Shown here: positions 1 through 13,865 of the stretch, piece after piece
How the letters are laid out: each line of letters begins with the position of its first letter
Position numbering within the stretch: position 1 is the stretch's first letter
Source: Octopus vulgaris
Taxonomy: Eukaryota
Length of the DNA: 64,000 nt
NCBI GenBank assembly: GCA_951406725.2
Contig: OX597838.1
Span: 4,464,001-4,528,000, forward strand
Direction of reading: 5' to 3'
The notes under the pieces: generated by a model
The model's input: the letters and a program-made list of their open reading frames with translations, nothing else
What the model was told of the DNA's origin: nothing
The model's database searches: none
Position numbers and translations under genes: made by a program

Positions 1-224
1 CGTAAAAGACTTTTTCTGTTCCTGAGCGTTATACTAATACATCTGTTTGTTTTGTACACCACCTGTCTTCGTACATCACCGCGAAAACTGCGGTTGAAGT
101 CCCAACCTTCCGATTACTTTGAAAAGGCTTAGAAAAACTGACGACCGCTGCAACAAGAGCGTGAATCTGGGAGGAGAACATCTGCAATAAAATCATAAAT
201 AACTAATCTTCCTGCACTCCCTCG

Positions 225-2212
225 TATGTATGTATGTATGTATGTATGTATGTATGTATGTATGTATGTATGTATGTATGTATGTATGTATGTATGTATG
301 AATGTATGTATGAATGTGTATGTATGTATGTATGTATGTATGTATGTATGTATGTATGTATGTATGTATGTATGTATGTATGTATGTATGTATGTATGTA
401 TGTATGTATGTATGTATGTATGTATGTATGTATGTATGTATGTATGTATGTATGTATGTATGTATGTATGTATGTATGTATGTATGTATGTATGTATGTA
501 TGTATGTATGTATGTATGTATGTATGTATGTATGTATGTATGTATGTATGTATGTATGTATGTATGTATGTATGTATGTATGTATGTATGTATGTATGTA
601 TGTATGTATGTATGTATGTATGTATGTATGTATGTATGTATGTATGTATGTATGTATGTATGTATGTATGTATGTATGTATGTATGTATGTATGTATGTA
701 TGTATGTATGTATGTATGTATGTATGTATGTATGTATGTATGTATGTATGTATGTATGTATGTATGTATGTATGTATGTATGTATGTATGTATGTATGTA
801 TGTATGTACTTATGTATGTATGTATGTATGTATGTATGTATGTATGTATGTATGTATGTATGTATGTATGTATGTATGTATGTATGTATGTATGTATGTA
901 TGTATGTATGTATGTATGTATGTATGTATGTATGTATGTATGTATGTATGTATGTATGTATGTATGTATGTATGTATGTATGTATGTATGTATGTATGTA
1001 TGTATGTATGTATGTATGTATGTATGTATGTATGTATGTATGTATGTATGTACTTATGTATGTATGTATGTATGTATGTATGTATGTATGTATGTATGTA
1101 TGTATGTATGTATGTATGTATGTATGTATGTATGTATGTATGTATGTATGTATGTATGTATGTATGTATGTATGTATGTATGTATGTATGTATGTATGTA
1201 TGTATGTATGTATGTATGTATGTATGTATGTATGTATGTATGTATGTATGTATGTATGTATGTATGTATGTATGTATGTATGTATGTATGTATGTATGTA
1301 TGTATGTATGTATGTATGTATGTATGTATGTATGTATGTATGTATGTATGTATGTATGTATGTATGTATGTATGTATGTATGTATGTATGTATGTATGTA
1401 TGTATGTATGTATGTATGTATGTATGTATGTATGTATGTATGTATGTATGTATGTATGTATGCATGTATGTACATGTATGTATGTATGTATGTATGTATG
1501 TATGTATGTATGTATGTATGTATGTATGTATGTATGTATGTATGTATGTATGTATGTATGTATGTATGTATGTATGTATTATGTATGTATGTATGTATGT
1601 ATGTATGTATGTATGTATGTATGTATGTATGTATGTATGTATGTATGTATGTATGTATGTATGTATGTATGTATGTATGTATGTATGTATGTATGTATGT
1701 ATGTATGTATGTATGTATGTATGTATGTATGTATGTATGTATGTATGTATGTATGTATGTATGTATGTATGTATGTATGTATGTATGTATGTATGTATGT
1801 ATGTATGTATGTATGTATGTATGTATGTATGTATGTATGTATGTATGTATGTATGTATGTATGTATGTATGTATGTATGTATGTATGTATGTATGTATGT
1901 ATGTATGTATGTATGTATGTATGTATGTATGTATGTATGTATGTATGTATGTATGTATGTATGTATGTATGTATGTATGTATGTATGTATGTATGTATGT
2001 ATGTACTTATGTATGTATGTATGTACTTATGTATGTATGTATGTATGTATGTATGTATGTATGTATGTATGTATGTATGCATGCATGTATGTATGTATGT
2101 ATGTATGTATGTATGTATGTATGTATGTATGTATGTATGTATGTATGTATGTATGTATGTATGTATGTATGTATGCATGTATGTACTTATGTATGTATGT
2201 ATGTATGTATGT
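225..2212. repeat. ~2 kb (TATG)n tetranucleotide microsatellite
   Basis: Near-pure TATG array with rare TACT/TGCA interruptions; accounts for the MYVC/HTYI ORFs. Confidence 0.98.
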
Positions 2213-2559
2213 ACACACGCACACACTCACACAAAAGCTTATTGGAAGAGGTTTTTGCTATACATTTTATAGAACGAAGACTTCTCAAGCAAATCAAAAA
2301 TATTTCTATCGTGAGATTTTTTCTGCAACTGAAACAGGAGTTTAAGAGTGACTCAAGTGGAGTGACTATATAGAATTTGAGTGTAGCTGGAAGGATAGTT
2401 CAGCACAGAAAAAAAACACTTAAAACACGGCTGATTTAGGAACACTTCACGTGCTTTATTTCCTGACCAGAGAAAGAACCCAAAATGATCTGCGTAGGAA
2501 GGTTTGCGGTTTTCTGCACGTTCAAACCGGCGACACAAAAGACGAGGCATAATTCCTTT

Positions 2560-2780
2560 CATTCTTCTGCTTGTTTCAGTCATTTGACTGCGGCCATGCT
2601 GGAGCACTGCCTTTTGTCGAGCAAATCGATTCCCAGGACTTATTATTTGTAAGCCTAGTACTTATTTTATTGGTCTCCCTTTTGCCGAACCGCTAAGTTA
2701 CGGGGACGTAAACACACCAGCATCGGTTGTGAAGCAATGCTAGGGAGACAAACACAGACACACAAACATATACACCCATA

Positions 2781-2843
<63 letters not shown>

Positions 2844-3005
2844 CACAACGGCTTTCTTTCAGTTTCTTTCTACCAAATCCACCAACAAGGCTTTGTTCGG
2901 CCCGCAGCTAGAGTAGAAGACGCTTGCACAAGATGCCACGCAGTGGGACTGAACCTGGAACCATGTGGTTGGTAAGCAAGCTACTTACCACGCAGCCACT
3001 CCTGC
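2560..3005 (-). mobile_element. tRNA-derived SINE, family A (with internal TA/CA microsatellite)
   Basis: Minus-strand head (TGGCTGCGTGGTAAG...GGTTCAGTCCC, A/B-box-like) and a body shared with many copies in the window (e.g. 12950-13345, 19610-20000, 22470-22690, 31755-32180, 50760-51165, 54940-55335, 58885-59045, 63120-63390). Confidence 0.8.
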
Positions 3006-3264
3006 GCAACTTTTTTTTTCGAAAAGCGAGCCGCATGAGACATGGCTTATCAGGCGGGCCGCAACAATGAAAAAAAAAAAAAAAATCATGGTAATTTTTT
3101 TTCTTCATCATGCCAATCAGAAAGTCCTGCGGGCCGCATTTTGTTCATGACTGCTACTGACCAACAGTCGCCGCACTGTCGCCTTGTGAGAGGTGTGCGA
3201 CCCGGAAAACTAATACATGATATTTGGTTGCAGTGCAGGTTTTCCCAAACCTCTTGACTCTAGA

Positions 3265-3460
3265 CGTGAAGGCGCATGACCCAGTAGTTAGAGGACCCGA
3301 CTCACAATCATGAGGTAGTGAGTTCGATTCGCGGACCGGGCTGTGTGTTGTGTTCTTGAGCAAGGCACTTTATTTTCACATTGCTCCAGTTCACTCAGCT
3401 TTAGAAATGAGTTGTGATGTCACTGGTGCCAAGCTGTATCGGCCCCTTTGCCTTTCCCTT
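3265..3460 (+). mobile_element. tRNA-derived SINE, family C
   Basis: A-box-like TGACCCAGTAGTTAG and B-box GAGTTCGATTC, then CTTGAGCAAGGCACTTTATTTTCAC; related copies at ~9250-9400 (+) and ~9720-9960 (-). Confidence 0.7.
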
Positions 3461-3631
3461 GGGGAGGGGCGTTTGGTATGAATGGGATCATTCTAGATGC
3501 AATGCCATGGTCATTCATGACTTTGGGATTTCTTTTTTAAAAAATAACCTTTTTTTCAAGCCAAACTTAGGATTTTGTTCCGTGAACATCCTCAGTGGCT
3601 TTCCAAAACTTACCATCCAAAATCCACCGGT

Positions 3632-3749
3632 CATTGTTGTTGTTGTTGTTGTTGGTGTTGTTGTTGTTCTTCTTCTTCTTCTTCTTCTTCTTCTTCTTCT
3701 TCTTCTTCTTCTTCTTCTTCTTCTCCAATACCCCTCCTTCATTCTTTTA

Positions 3750-3847
<98 letters not shown>

Positions 3848-3862
3848 TATATTATATATATA
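3632..3862. repeat. compound (GTT)n/(CTT)n/(ATT)n microsatellite
   Basis: Direct inspection. Confidence 0.95.
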
Positions 3863-3936
3863 TAGGGTATAATTAATTATTAATTAATTTTACCAAGTAG
3901 TGTTCAGTATGTAAAAAAGACCATTTACGGTATATT

Positions 3937-4010
3937 TAAAACATTGCGTTATATAATTAGGGTTCAGTAAATTATTTTACTGAACCCTAATTATATAACG
4001 TAATGTTTTA
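3937..4010. repeat. 35-bp inverted repeat (hairpin, 4-nt loop)
   Basis: Arm 3937-3971 TAAAACATTGCGTTATATAATTAGGGTTCAGTAAA vs arm 3976-4010, with one G.T mismatch. Confidence 0.9.
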
Positions 4011-4214
4011 TATATATATAAAATACATACATACATACATACATACATACATGCACATATACATACATACATACATACATACATACATACATACATACTT
4101 ACATACATACATACATACATACATACATGCACATATACATACATACATACATACATACATACATACATACATACATGCACATATACATACATACATACAT
4201 ACATACATGCACAT

Positions 4215-4245
<31 letters not shown>

Positions 4246-4692
4246 CATACATACATACATACATACATACATACATACATACATACATACATACACACAC
4301 ATGCATATACATTATATACACATATATATATACACTGATATTCACAACGTCTCTTCCGTGATCTGCTATGACATATTTTCATTGCTGTTTGTGAATATCA
4401 GAAACTACTTATATACCTATGTATATATGTACGCATATATTTATATATGTATGCATGAGTGTATGCATGTGTGTGTGTGTGTGTGTGTGTGCGTGTCTCT
4501 TGAGTGTTCTGTTATGACATATTTTCATTGCTATTTCCTAATCCAATTGTTTTCGCTATTAAAAGTGGTTTCGGAGTTGTGTTTTTTTTGGGTTCTTCCT
4601 TTCCTTTGCGACACTCGCTAATTCTTGGGATCGAACTGAAGGTTTAATGTTTCCTATGTTATCTTGTCGCAACTATTACACACACACACACA

Positions 4693-4735
<43 letters not shown>

Positions 4736-5499
4736 AAATATATAAAAACGCAACGGGCTTCCAACAGTTTCCGTGAACCACTCACAAGGCATTGCTCGAC
4801 CAAAATGCCGCGCGGTGAACAGAACCCGAAACCAAGTCAGCCCTGTTGTTAACGCCAGGTCAGTCCTGATCGAACAGTCCACTGATTAAAGATCATTCCG
4901 GCCGTGACAATCCCGTTTTTCTCTTTGTACAAGGAATTTTTGACTATATTATCTAACGAGTCCTTTTCAAGATGATTAAGTATGATCTGAGGAAAATCTA
5001 GCTGCTATTTCTAGCAGAGTCTCTCCTGACTATGTTATACAAAAAAAAAAAAAAATCAAATGAGGGTGCCTCTACGTGGTTCCTTTATCCTGCTAGAAAT
5101 AGCTATCAAATCCCATCAACTGCACAGCGTATTGTGTTGAAAAGGAAGGACTCATTAAACAATGTTGTTCCAGATATACAGACAGATGGTGTGGTCACGG
5201 CTGTAATGCCTTCCGGTCTTCTACTACTACAACTACTACCACCACCACCACCGCTACTACTACTACTAACAACAACAACAACAACAACAACAACAGCAGC
5301 ACTACCACCACCACCACTACTTCCACCACCGACACCACCATCACCATTGCCACACCACCGACACCGATGACAATGACAGCAACAACAACAACAACAACAT
5401 TATAAAAATAATATACAAAAATAATAAAAACAATATGAAATAATGTTATCTTAAAGAAATTGTTTTATTGGAGACCTTATTGCACAATCGATGGTAAAT

Positions 5500-6580
5500 G
5501 GTCTGTTCTGATGGTATTCAGTTCTGGAGGCACTCGGTTGGTCTTGGTGACACTGGCTCAGCCTTGATGGTATTAGACCAATCCTGATGGCACTGGGTCA
5601 CTCTTGATGGTCACTTTTAATAGCATTGAATCAGTCCTAATAGTACTGGGTCAGTTCTGATGGCATTGGGCCATTCCTGATGGTATTAGGTCACTCCTGA
5701 TAGTATTGAGCTAGCCCTGATGGTATTGAATCAGCTCTGATGGTACTAGGTCATTCTTGATGGTATTGCTTCACTCTTGATGGTATTGAGTCACTTTTGA
5801 TGATATTGAGCAAGTCCTAATGGTACTGGGTCAGCTCTGATGGTATTGAGCGAGTCCTGGTGGTATTAGGTTATTCAAGATTTCCTTATCGAAACAGGCT
5901 TAATGGTATTGATTCACTCCTGGTGGTATAATAGAAGTTAATCATGCCTAATAGTATAGGGTGAGTCATGATAGTATCGTGTCGGTCTTATTAGTGTGGA
6001 ATGAGTCCTGGTGGTATTGAGTCACCTCTGAGGGTATTGAGTGAGTCCTGATAGTATCGAGTCACGTCTGATGGTATTGAGTGAGTCCTGATAGTATTGA
6101 GTCACATTTGACGGCATTGAGTGAGTCTTGACTGCATCGAGTCATGTATGATGGTATTGAATGAGCTCTGATTGTATTGAGTCACATATGGCATTGAATG
6201 AGTCTTGATTGTATTGAGTCACGTCTGATTCTATTGAGTGAGATCTGATATTAACGAGTCACATGAGATGGTACTGATTGTGTCTTGATTATATCAAGTC
6301 ACGTTTGATTATATTTAGTGAGTCCTGATATTATTGAGTTACAGTTGCATCGAGCCACGTCTGAATGTATCGAGTCACCGCTGATGGTATCGTATAAGTT
6401 CTAATAGTATTCAACCAGCCCTAATGATGTTGAGTGTGTCCTGGTAGTATTGTCTTAGTCCTGTTGCTATGGAGTCAGTCTTGAAGTTAAGTAACTGCCA
6501 GTGGTATGGAGCCAGTTCTGATGATATTGTACCTGGTCCATTCCCTGAATAGCGCCAGTCTTTATAAGTCCTAATGGTAT
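5500..6580. repeat. degenerate 20-bp minisatellite (consensus ~GATGGTATTGAGTCACTCCT)
   Basis: TGGTATTG recurs at ~20-nt spacing (e.g. 5761, 5781, 5841); more decayed GATGGTATGG-type units continue to ~7950. Confidence 0.8.
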
Positions 6581-8149
6581 AAATACCTTCGAATGGTTTT
6601 AAAGACCAAATATCGAAAGAGTTCTGTTGTTCTGATCTCTATTTCTTGGAAAATTATCAGGGGATATGAAAGAAACTATTAAAGATAGATCGGATTCTAT
6701 GATTCAGTTTGTATTGTAGCGTCCAGTTGTTTAAAAAGCTGTACTGGTTTGAATTAGTTCTAAAGGTTTAAGAATCTCTTGGACACCGATAATGGTATTG
6801 ATTTTGACTATGAAGACGATAAAATTAATTTTTGAAAAGAGAGTATAATATGTCTCGTGCAACTAAGTTATATAAACAATTCCAATGGTATGACTCATGG
6901 CATTAACGTCTGAGAAGAATTCATGGGTTTTGTTTGGATGGTTTTGGATGTCGTGGCTAATCTAGGCAAAACTTATTACTGTTGTCACTCAATTCTAAAA
7001 AAAAAAAGTAAAAAAACAAACAGGACGTGCATTTGAACAATTGCGGTGGTATTTCGAATTACATAGTTTAGTTACAAAGTTATTTATTTAGTCAGCGTTA
7101 GTAGTATAGCTAAGTTCCAATTATATAATTAATGCCGGTGGTATTATATATTTTCTTTGGTATACCGTTTGCCGTTGTCTAAATTCTAGTTTCAGTGACT
7201 TAGAAGTTTCAAATATATGGCTTAGTTATGTAAAATACAACGATGGTTTGGTATAACATTTCTGGATGATATGTTTGAACAATTTAAAACATACATTCTA
7301 AATTCTGCGGGTGGCTTTGGATATTTTCATGGCTTCATTTCATTGGAATGGTTCAGTTATCTAAAATACACCATTTGTGTTGTCTATACTCTCCAGATGG
7401 TATGCCCTGTTCCAGTGGTATACCTCCGTTATCAAGATATGGTCCCGTTAGCTAATCTGTATCGATGGCATACTCAAACTGCCAAGATGGTATGGGTTAT
7501 TTTCAACAATATAATATTAAAGGTATGGCCCAGTTATTTAAAATACAGTGTTGGTTTTGCGAAAACTGCCCGGATGGCAAGGATTAGTTTCAGTGACAGA
7601 GCTCAGACTCGATGGTATGGCTCAGTTATCTAAAGTCTCGATGGTATAGTCTAAACTCTCCGAATGGTGGTGTGCATATGTTTGAGAGTGATTGCTCAAT
7701 TTCGATGGAATGGCCCAACAATCAACCGATGGAATGAACTAAACTTTCCGGTTGGTATGGTATAATTCAGTGTTATTGCTTAGTTTCATTGGTATGGCTA
7801 AGCTACACGATATCGAAAGTGTGGCCTAGATTGTCCGAATGGTATGGCTTTTCCCAGGGTCTATGGAATGATTCCATTTCCAAAATATGACTCAGTTAAC
7901 TATAATATATCGATTGTATGGTTTGAACTTCCTGGATGGAATGTACAAAGTTTCGATTGCTTAAGACACTTTAAATGACATCTGCTAATGTTAGCTTTTC
8001 TGACTCACTTCAAACAGTTACAATGGCATGACCCAATCGTCCAAATAAGAGCGATGTTACCCACTTCAATTGCAGTACTGTTGGTCACCTAACCGAGCAA
8101 CTCCAGTACAGACGATGCGGTCGAAAACCACGCGACCTGACGGCACGAC

Positions 8150-8314
8150 TCAGTTCTCCGATATGACCTCGTCTATCCACTCTAGATAAGACGAGACTCG
8201 AGTGTTGACGGCTGGGTAGTCCCCGCTGCACGTGCTGATGCCCCATGAGATGACGCCTGCTAACCTCCATGTGTCATTGCCGTCCCTACATGCCAACGAG
8301 CCGCCACTGTCACC
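8150..8314 (-). CDS. S1A (chymotrypsin-like) serine protease, exon 6 (last; catalytic Ser)
   Basis: Acceptor TAG; translates GDSGGSLACRDGNDTWRLAGVISWGISTCSGDYPAVNTRVSSYLEWIDEVISEN*; GDSGG catalytic motif and SWG motif. Confidence 0.95.
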   Translation of the reverse strand, partial: GDSGGSLACRDGNDTWRLAGVISWGISTCSGDYPAVNTRVSSYLEWIDEVISEN

Positions 8315-8380
8315 CTACGAGGGAAAACAAAATCACAGCATTATTATTTTTATTTTTATTATCATTATTATCATTAATTA

Positions 8381-8455
<75 letters not shown>

Positions 8456-8489
8456 TTATTTATTTTATTTTATTTTATTTTTTTTATTA

Positions 8490-8650
8490 AGGCGACGAAG
8501 AGGCAGAATTGTCAGTACGCCGAGCAAATTGATTAGCGGCATTTCGTGTGTCTGTAAGTTTTGAGTCCAAATTCTACCGAAGTCAGCTTTACCTTTCATC
8601 CTTTCGCAGGTTAATGAAATAAGTACCAGTTACGTACTGGGGCCGATCTA
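8490..8650 (+). mobile_element. tRNA-derived SINE, family B
   Basis: Decayed copy of the AAGGCGGCGAGCTGGCAGAA...GAGTTCAAATTCCGCCGAGGTCGACTTTGCCTTTCATCCTTTCGGGG family; other copies at ~15660, 17985, 27185-27530, 28755, 36465, 37000, 37770, 38605, 40730, 40980, 42340, 44430, 48510, 55733, often next to (ATT)n. Confidence 0.75.
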
Positions 8651-8704
8651 ATCGATTAACATCTTCCCTGAAATGTTAGGCATCGTGCCCTCAGGATTAT
8701 CATA

Positions 8705-8764
<60 letters not shown>

Positions 8765-9562
8765 GTGAGTGAGTGAGAGAGCAGTGCATGCCATCAAAGT
8801 GACACTGGGGTACAAATATACGAAGCCCAATATACCCATCATGACTACTCGTCTCATAAGGGTACACCAGGCACATGCATCACAACCATAAGTCCACAAC
8901 ATGGTCATATTATATCAAGATAAGCCACACATGACCTTACAGGTGGAGGGGGTCCAGTTAGAATTTTCTTCAGGTCGAGTAACCCCTCCTGCTCAAAGGG
9001 TCTCCGAATAAGATTTGTAGAAGGATGAGGAACGAGTACACCCGAGCGTGTTCCAGGTGTGAATTATTCCAGGGATGAATTATTCAAACTCCAAAGCATC
9101 CCTCTCATCACATGGCTGTGATGCTCTCCCACGTCTCCGGCTCGTGATCAGGGATGTGCATATTATCAATCCCTCGGGGACATACTCAAACGGTTAAGCT
9201 GCTAAGCATTTTCTCCAAAGCGTTCACGATTGTCAGCACGCCGCCTTGTAGTGAAGGCGCGTGGCTTAGCGGTTAGGGGCATTCGGTTCATGATCGTAAG
9301 GTTGTGAGTTCAATTCCCGGCGACGCGTTGCGTCCTTGAGCAAGACACTTTATTTCACGTTGCTCCAGTCCACTCAGCTGGCAAAAATGAGCACGCCGCC
9401 TTGTAACACACACACACACATACACACATACACACGCACATACACACATACACACACATATACACACACACACATACACACACACATAAACACATACGCA
9501 TACACACACGTACGCACACACGCACGCACACACACACACATACATACACACACATACACACA

Positions 9563-9596
<34 letters not shown>

Positions 9597-10390
9597 TACA
9601 CACACAATCCAAATGATAATACAAAGAAATTCTTTAACGCATCTTTGCAAAATTCCAAGTGACCCTTTACGTAGAATTAGCGATTTTAGACATTGGAGTG
9701 ACACTTCATCGGACTTGCCACAAAGTGGCTGAGTACTCCGCAGACACGCGTACCCTGAACATGGTTCTTAGGGAGATTCAGTGTGATACAGAATGTGACA
9801 AGGCTGGCCCTTTTGAATTACAGGTACAACTTAGTTTTGCCAGCTGAGTGGACTTGGAGCAACGGGAGGTAGAGTGTCTTGCTCAAGGACACAGCGCGCG
9901 GTCGGGAGTCGAACTCAGGACCTTAGGATCGTGGACCGAATGCCCTAACCACTAAGCCACGTGAGAAAGAGAAAGGGAAGGAGAGAGAGGGAAGGAGAAG
10001 AGGGGGAAGAGGGAGAGAGGGAGAGAGAGTGGGAGGAAGAGTTGAGAGAGAGAGAGAAAGAGAGAGAAAGACAGAGAGATAGAGAGAGGAAGGGAAAGAG
10101 TGAGGGGGAGAGGGAGAGAGAGGGAGGAAGAGTTGAAAGAGAAAGAGAGAGAGAAAAAGAGAGATAGAGAAAGAGAAAGAGAGGAAAAGAGAGAGAGGAG
10201 AGAGAGGGAGGAAGAGAGAGAGAAGAAGAGTTGAGAGAGAAAAAGAGAGATAGGGATAGAGAAAGAGAGGAAGGAGAGAGAGGAGAGAGAGGGAGAGAGT
10301 TGAGACAGAGAGAGAAAGAGAGAGAAAGAAAGAGAGAGACAGACAGAGAGAGAGGGAAGGAGAGAGGAGGAGAGGAAGGTGAAAACTTAC

Positions 10391-10533
10391 GTTGCAAGGG
10401 GAGCTGGCCAGTTTGTAGACGCAGAGGTGAGATTCTAGAATTTCGATGAATGACCAGCGATCAGCACATTCCTCGTTGGTGATGGCCGTTATATTGGCTT
10501 CCTGCAGGACGTTAGGGATGACACTTGCTGCAC
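10391..10533 (-). CDS. S1A serine protease, exon 5
   Basis: CAG|GT...AAC|GTAAG; 143 nt, phase 1->0; (S)AASVIPNVLQEANITAITNEECADRWSFIEILESHLCVYKLASSPCN joins in frame to GDSGG. Confidence 0.93.
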
Positions 10534-10714
10534 CTGCGGATCACCGGAAACGGAAGTGTAAGCATACACACACAAGAAAAAAAAGAAAGATCGAATGTAT
10601 TCTTAAAATTATGTTTGTCTGAAGCAGATGTTGATGTTGTTTATTCTGTTGTTATTGTTGTTGTTATTGTTTTTCCTATTGTTGTTGTTGTTGTCGTCTT
10701 CTCCCCCTCCTGTG

Positions 10715-11735
10715 ACGTGTTGAGTATGTGTTGAGTATTTTGCGTTGAGTGTAACATGTTGAGTGGGGCGTATTGAGTGTAGCATGTTGAGTGTGGTGTG
10801 CTGAGTGGAATGTGTTGAGTGTGGCATGTTGCGTATGTTGCATTGAGTGTGACATGTTGAGTAGGATGTATTGAGTGTAGCATGTTGAGTGTGGTGTGCT
10901 GAGTGGAATGTGTTGAGTGTGGCATGTTGCGTATGTTGCATTGAGCGTGACATGTTGAGTAGGGTGTATTGAGTGTAGCATGCTGAGTGTGGTGTGCTGA
11001 GTGGAATGTGTTGAGTGTGGCATGTTGCGTATGTTGCATTGAGCGTGACATGTTGAGTAGGGTGTATTGAGTGTAGCATGCTGAGTGTGGTGTGCTGAGT
11101 GGAATGTGTTGAGTGTGGCATGTTGCGTATGTTGCATTGAGCGTGACATGTTGAGTAGGGTGTATTGAGTGTAGCATGTTGAGTGTGGTGTGCTGAGTGG
11201 AATGTGTTAAGTGTGGCATGTTGCGTATGTTGCATTGAGCGTGACATGTTGAGTAGGGTGTATTGAGTGTAGCATGTTGAGTGTGGTGTGCTGAGTGGAA
11301 TGTGTTAAGTGTGGCATGTTGCGTATGTTGCATTGAGCGTGACATGTTGAGTAGGGTGTATTGAGTGTAGCATGTTGAGTGTGGTGTGCTGAGTGGAATG
11401 TGTTGAGTGTGGCATGTTGCGTATGTTGCATTGAGCGTGACATGTTGAGTAGGGTGTATTGAGTGTAGCATGTTGAGTGTGGTGTGCTGAGTGGAATGTG
11501 TTGAGTGTGGCATGTTGCGTATGTTGCATTGAGCGTGACATGTTGAGTAGGGTGTATTGAGTGTAGCATGCTGAGTGTGACGTGTTGAGTGTGATGTGTC
11601 GAGTGTGACATGTTGAGGGTAGTTTGCAGAGTGTGGCATCTTGAGTGTAGTGTATTGAGTGTGACGTTTTGAGTATGGTGTGTTGAATGTGGCATGTTGA
11701 GTGTGGATTGTTGAGTGGGGCATTTTGAGTGTGGT
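10715..11735. repeat. minisatellite of 14-bp monomers (TTGAGTGTRRCATG-like) with a 98-bp (7x14) higher-order unit
   Basis: GAGCGTGACA recurs at 10943 and 11041 (98-nt period); about 8 near-identical 98-mers flanked by divergent 14-mers. Confidence 0.9.
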
Positions 11736-12174
11736 GTGTGGTGGTGGTGGTGGTGGTGGTGGTGGTGGTGGTGGTGGAAGTGCAGGAAGAAGGGTGGGTA
11801 AATAAGTTTTGTATTCCAGGAAATGATAATGTTTAATGAAATGGCGAAATTATGGGAGAGGTCGACTAAGATCTCCTTCTCTCTCCCTCTCTCATCCCCC
11901 CTCTCTCACGCTCTCTCTCTCACCCTCTCTTTCTCCGTCTCTCTCTCTTTTTACACAATACACACACACACGCACACGCACACACGCATAGAAACAAATA
12001 CACTTACACACACATACACACACACACACACAAAGATATATGTGTACACACTCACACATACATATCCATACACACACATAAACAAACATATACACATACA
12101 CACTCACGCACACATACATTCACTCACACACACACACAGAGACACATATACACATTCATACTCACACACATATG

Positions 12175-12391
<217 letters not shown>

Positions 12392-12949
12392 TAGACACAT
12401 ATACACACACAAATACACATACATACACAATCACACATAAATATACATACACACGCACACACGCATACAAACAAACATACATTCACACACACACGCACAT
12501 ATATATATATACGTAGACACACATACCCTTCACACAAATACACATACATAACAATCACGCATATATATCCATACACACACGCACACAAACGTACATTCAC
12601 TCACTCACACACATACACACACACGCACACGCACACATATATACGTAGACACACATACACACAAATACACATATATACACAATCACGCATACATACCCAT
12701 ACACACACACACACACACACACTTCCTTTACACTAACGCCAGTGAATCAGCATTGTTTAGACATCCCGTTTCGAGAAGCGGGCCGCATGAGACACAGCTC
12801 AGTATCAGGCGGGCCGCACTCCTAAAAAGATTCAAAGTAATGTTTCGTTAGACGTGTTATTCAGAAAGCTCCACGGGCCGCACGATGGCCACGGGTGAGC
12901 CTGACACTCGCGCCTACGATATATATATATATGTATGTATGTATGTATA

Positions 12950-13345
12950 CTCTTTTGCTTGTTTCAGTCATTTGACTGCGGCCATGCTGGAGCACCGCCT
13001 TTAGTCGAGCAAATCGACCCCGGGACTTATTCTTTGTAAGCCCAGTACTTATTCTATCGGTCTCTTTTTGCCGAACCGCTAAGTGGCGGGGACGTAAACA
13101 CACCAGCATCGGTTGTCAAGCAATGCTAGGGGGACAAACACAGACACACAAACATATACACACACATACATATACATATATACATATATACGACGGGCTT
13201 CTTTCAGTTTCCGTCTACCAAATCCCCTCACAAGGCATTGGTCGGCCCGGGGCTATAGCAGAAGACACTTGCCCAAGGTTCCACGCAGTGGGACTGAACC
13301 CGGAACCATGTGGCTGGTTAGCAAGCTACTTACCACACAGCCACG
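12950..13345 (-). mobile_element. tRNA-derived SINE, family A
   Basis: Full-length copy, near-identical to 31755-32180 and 54940-55335. Confidence 0.8.
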
Positions 13346-13865
13346 TATTTCGCCGATTAATTTGCTGGGAAAAGAAGCAAAACGGAAGGGAGTTTGGATC
13401 TCCAAGAAATTGTTTTTGTCTTTGCAAAAAGTGAAGAGAATCGTTGAGAAATGGGAATCTGGAGAAGTGTGTGTGTGAGAGAGAGAGGGGGGAGGGAGGG
13501 AGGGAGAGAAAGGGAGAGGAGAGAGAAAGAAAGGTACAGAGAGAGAGAGAGAGAGAACGGGAGAGAGAAGAGAGAAAGAGGATAAAAGGGAGAAAGAGGA
13601 TAAGAGAGAGAAAATGAGAGAGAGAGAAAGGGGGCAAGGAGAAAGAGACTTGACAACCGATGATGGAGTGTTTACGTCCCCGTAACTTAGCGGTTCGGCA
13701 AAAGGCACCCATAGAATAAGTACTAGGCTTACAAAGAATAAATCCTGGGGTCGATTTGCTCGACTAAAGGCGGTGCTCCAGCTTGGCCGCTGTCAAATCA
13801 CTGAAACAAGTAAAAGAGTAATGTAAATAATGTAAATAATGTACTAGTACTTACTTTATGAATGC

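Noticed and set aside
203-2373. Long ORFs (420-715 aa) of MYVC/HTYI repeats
   Set aside because: Translations of a (TATG)n microsatellite that lacks stop codons; no coding signal.
3265-3340. Genuine tRNA genes at SINE heads
   Set aside because: A/B boxes are present, but cloverleaf stems are broken and each head continues into a repeat body.
10609-11723. 212-360 aa His/Thr/Gln-rich repeat proteins
   Set aside because: A 98-bp unit (not a multiple of 3) cycles through all frames; intronic minisatellite.
13113-13478. Recurrent ORFs such as 'RRASFSFRLPNPLTR...GTEPGTMW'
   Set aside because: Translations of SINE family A copies, not genes.
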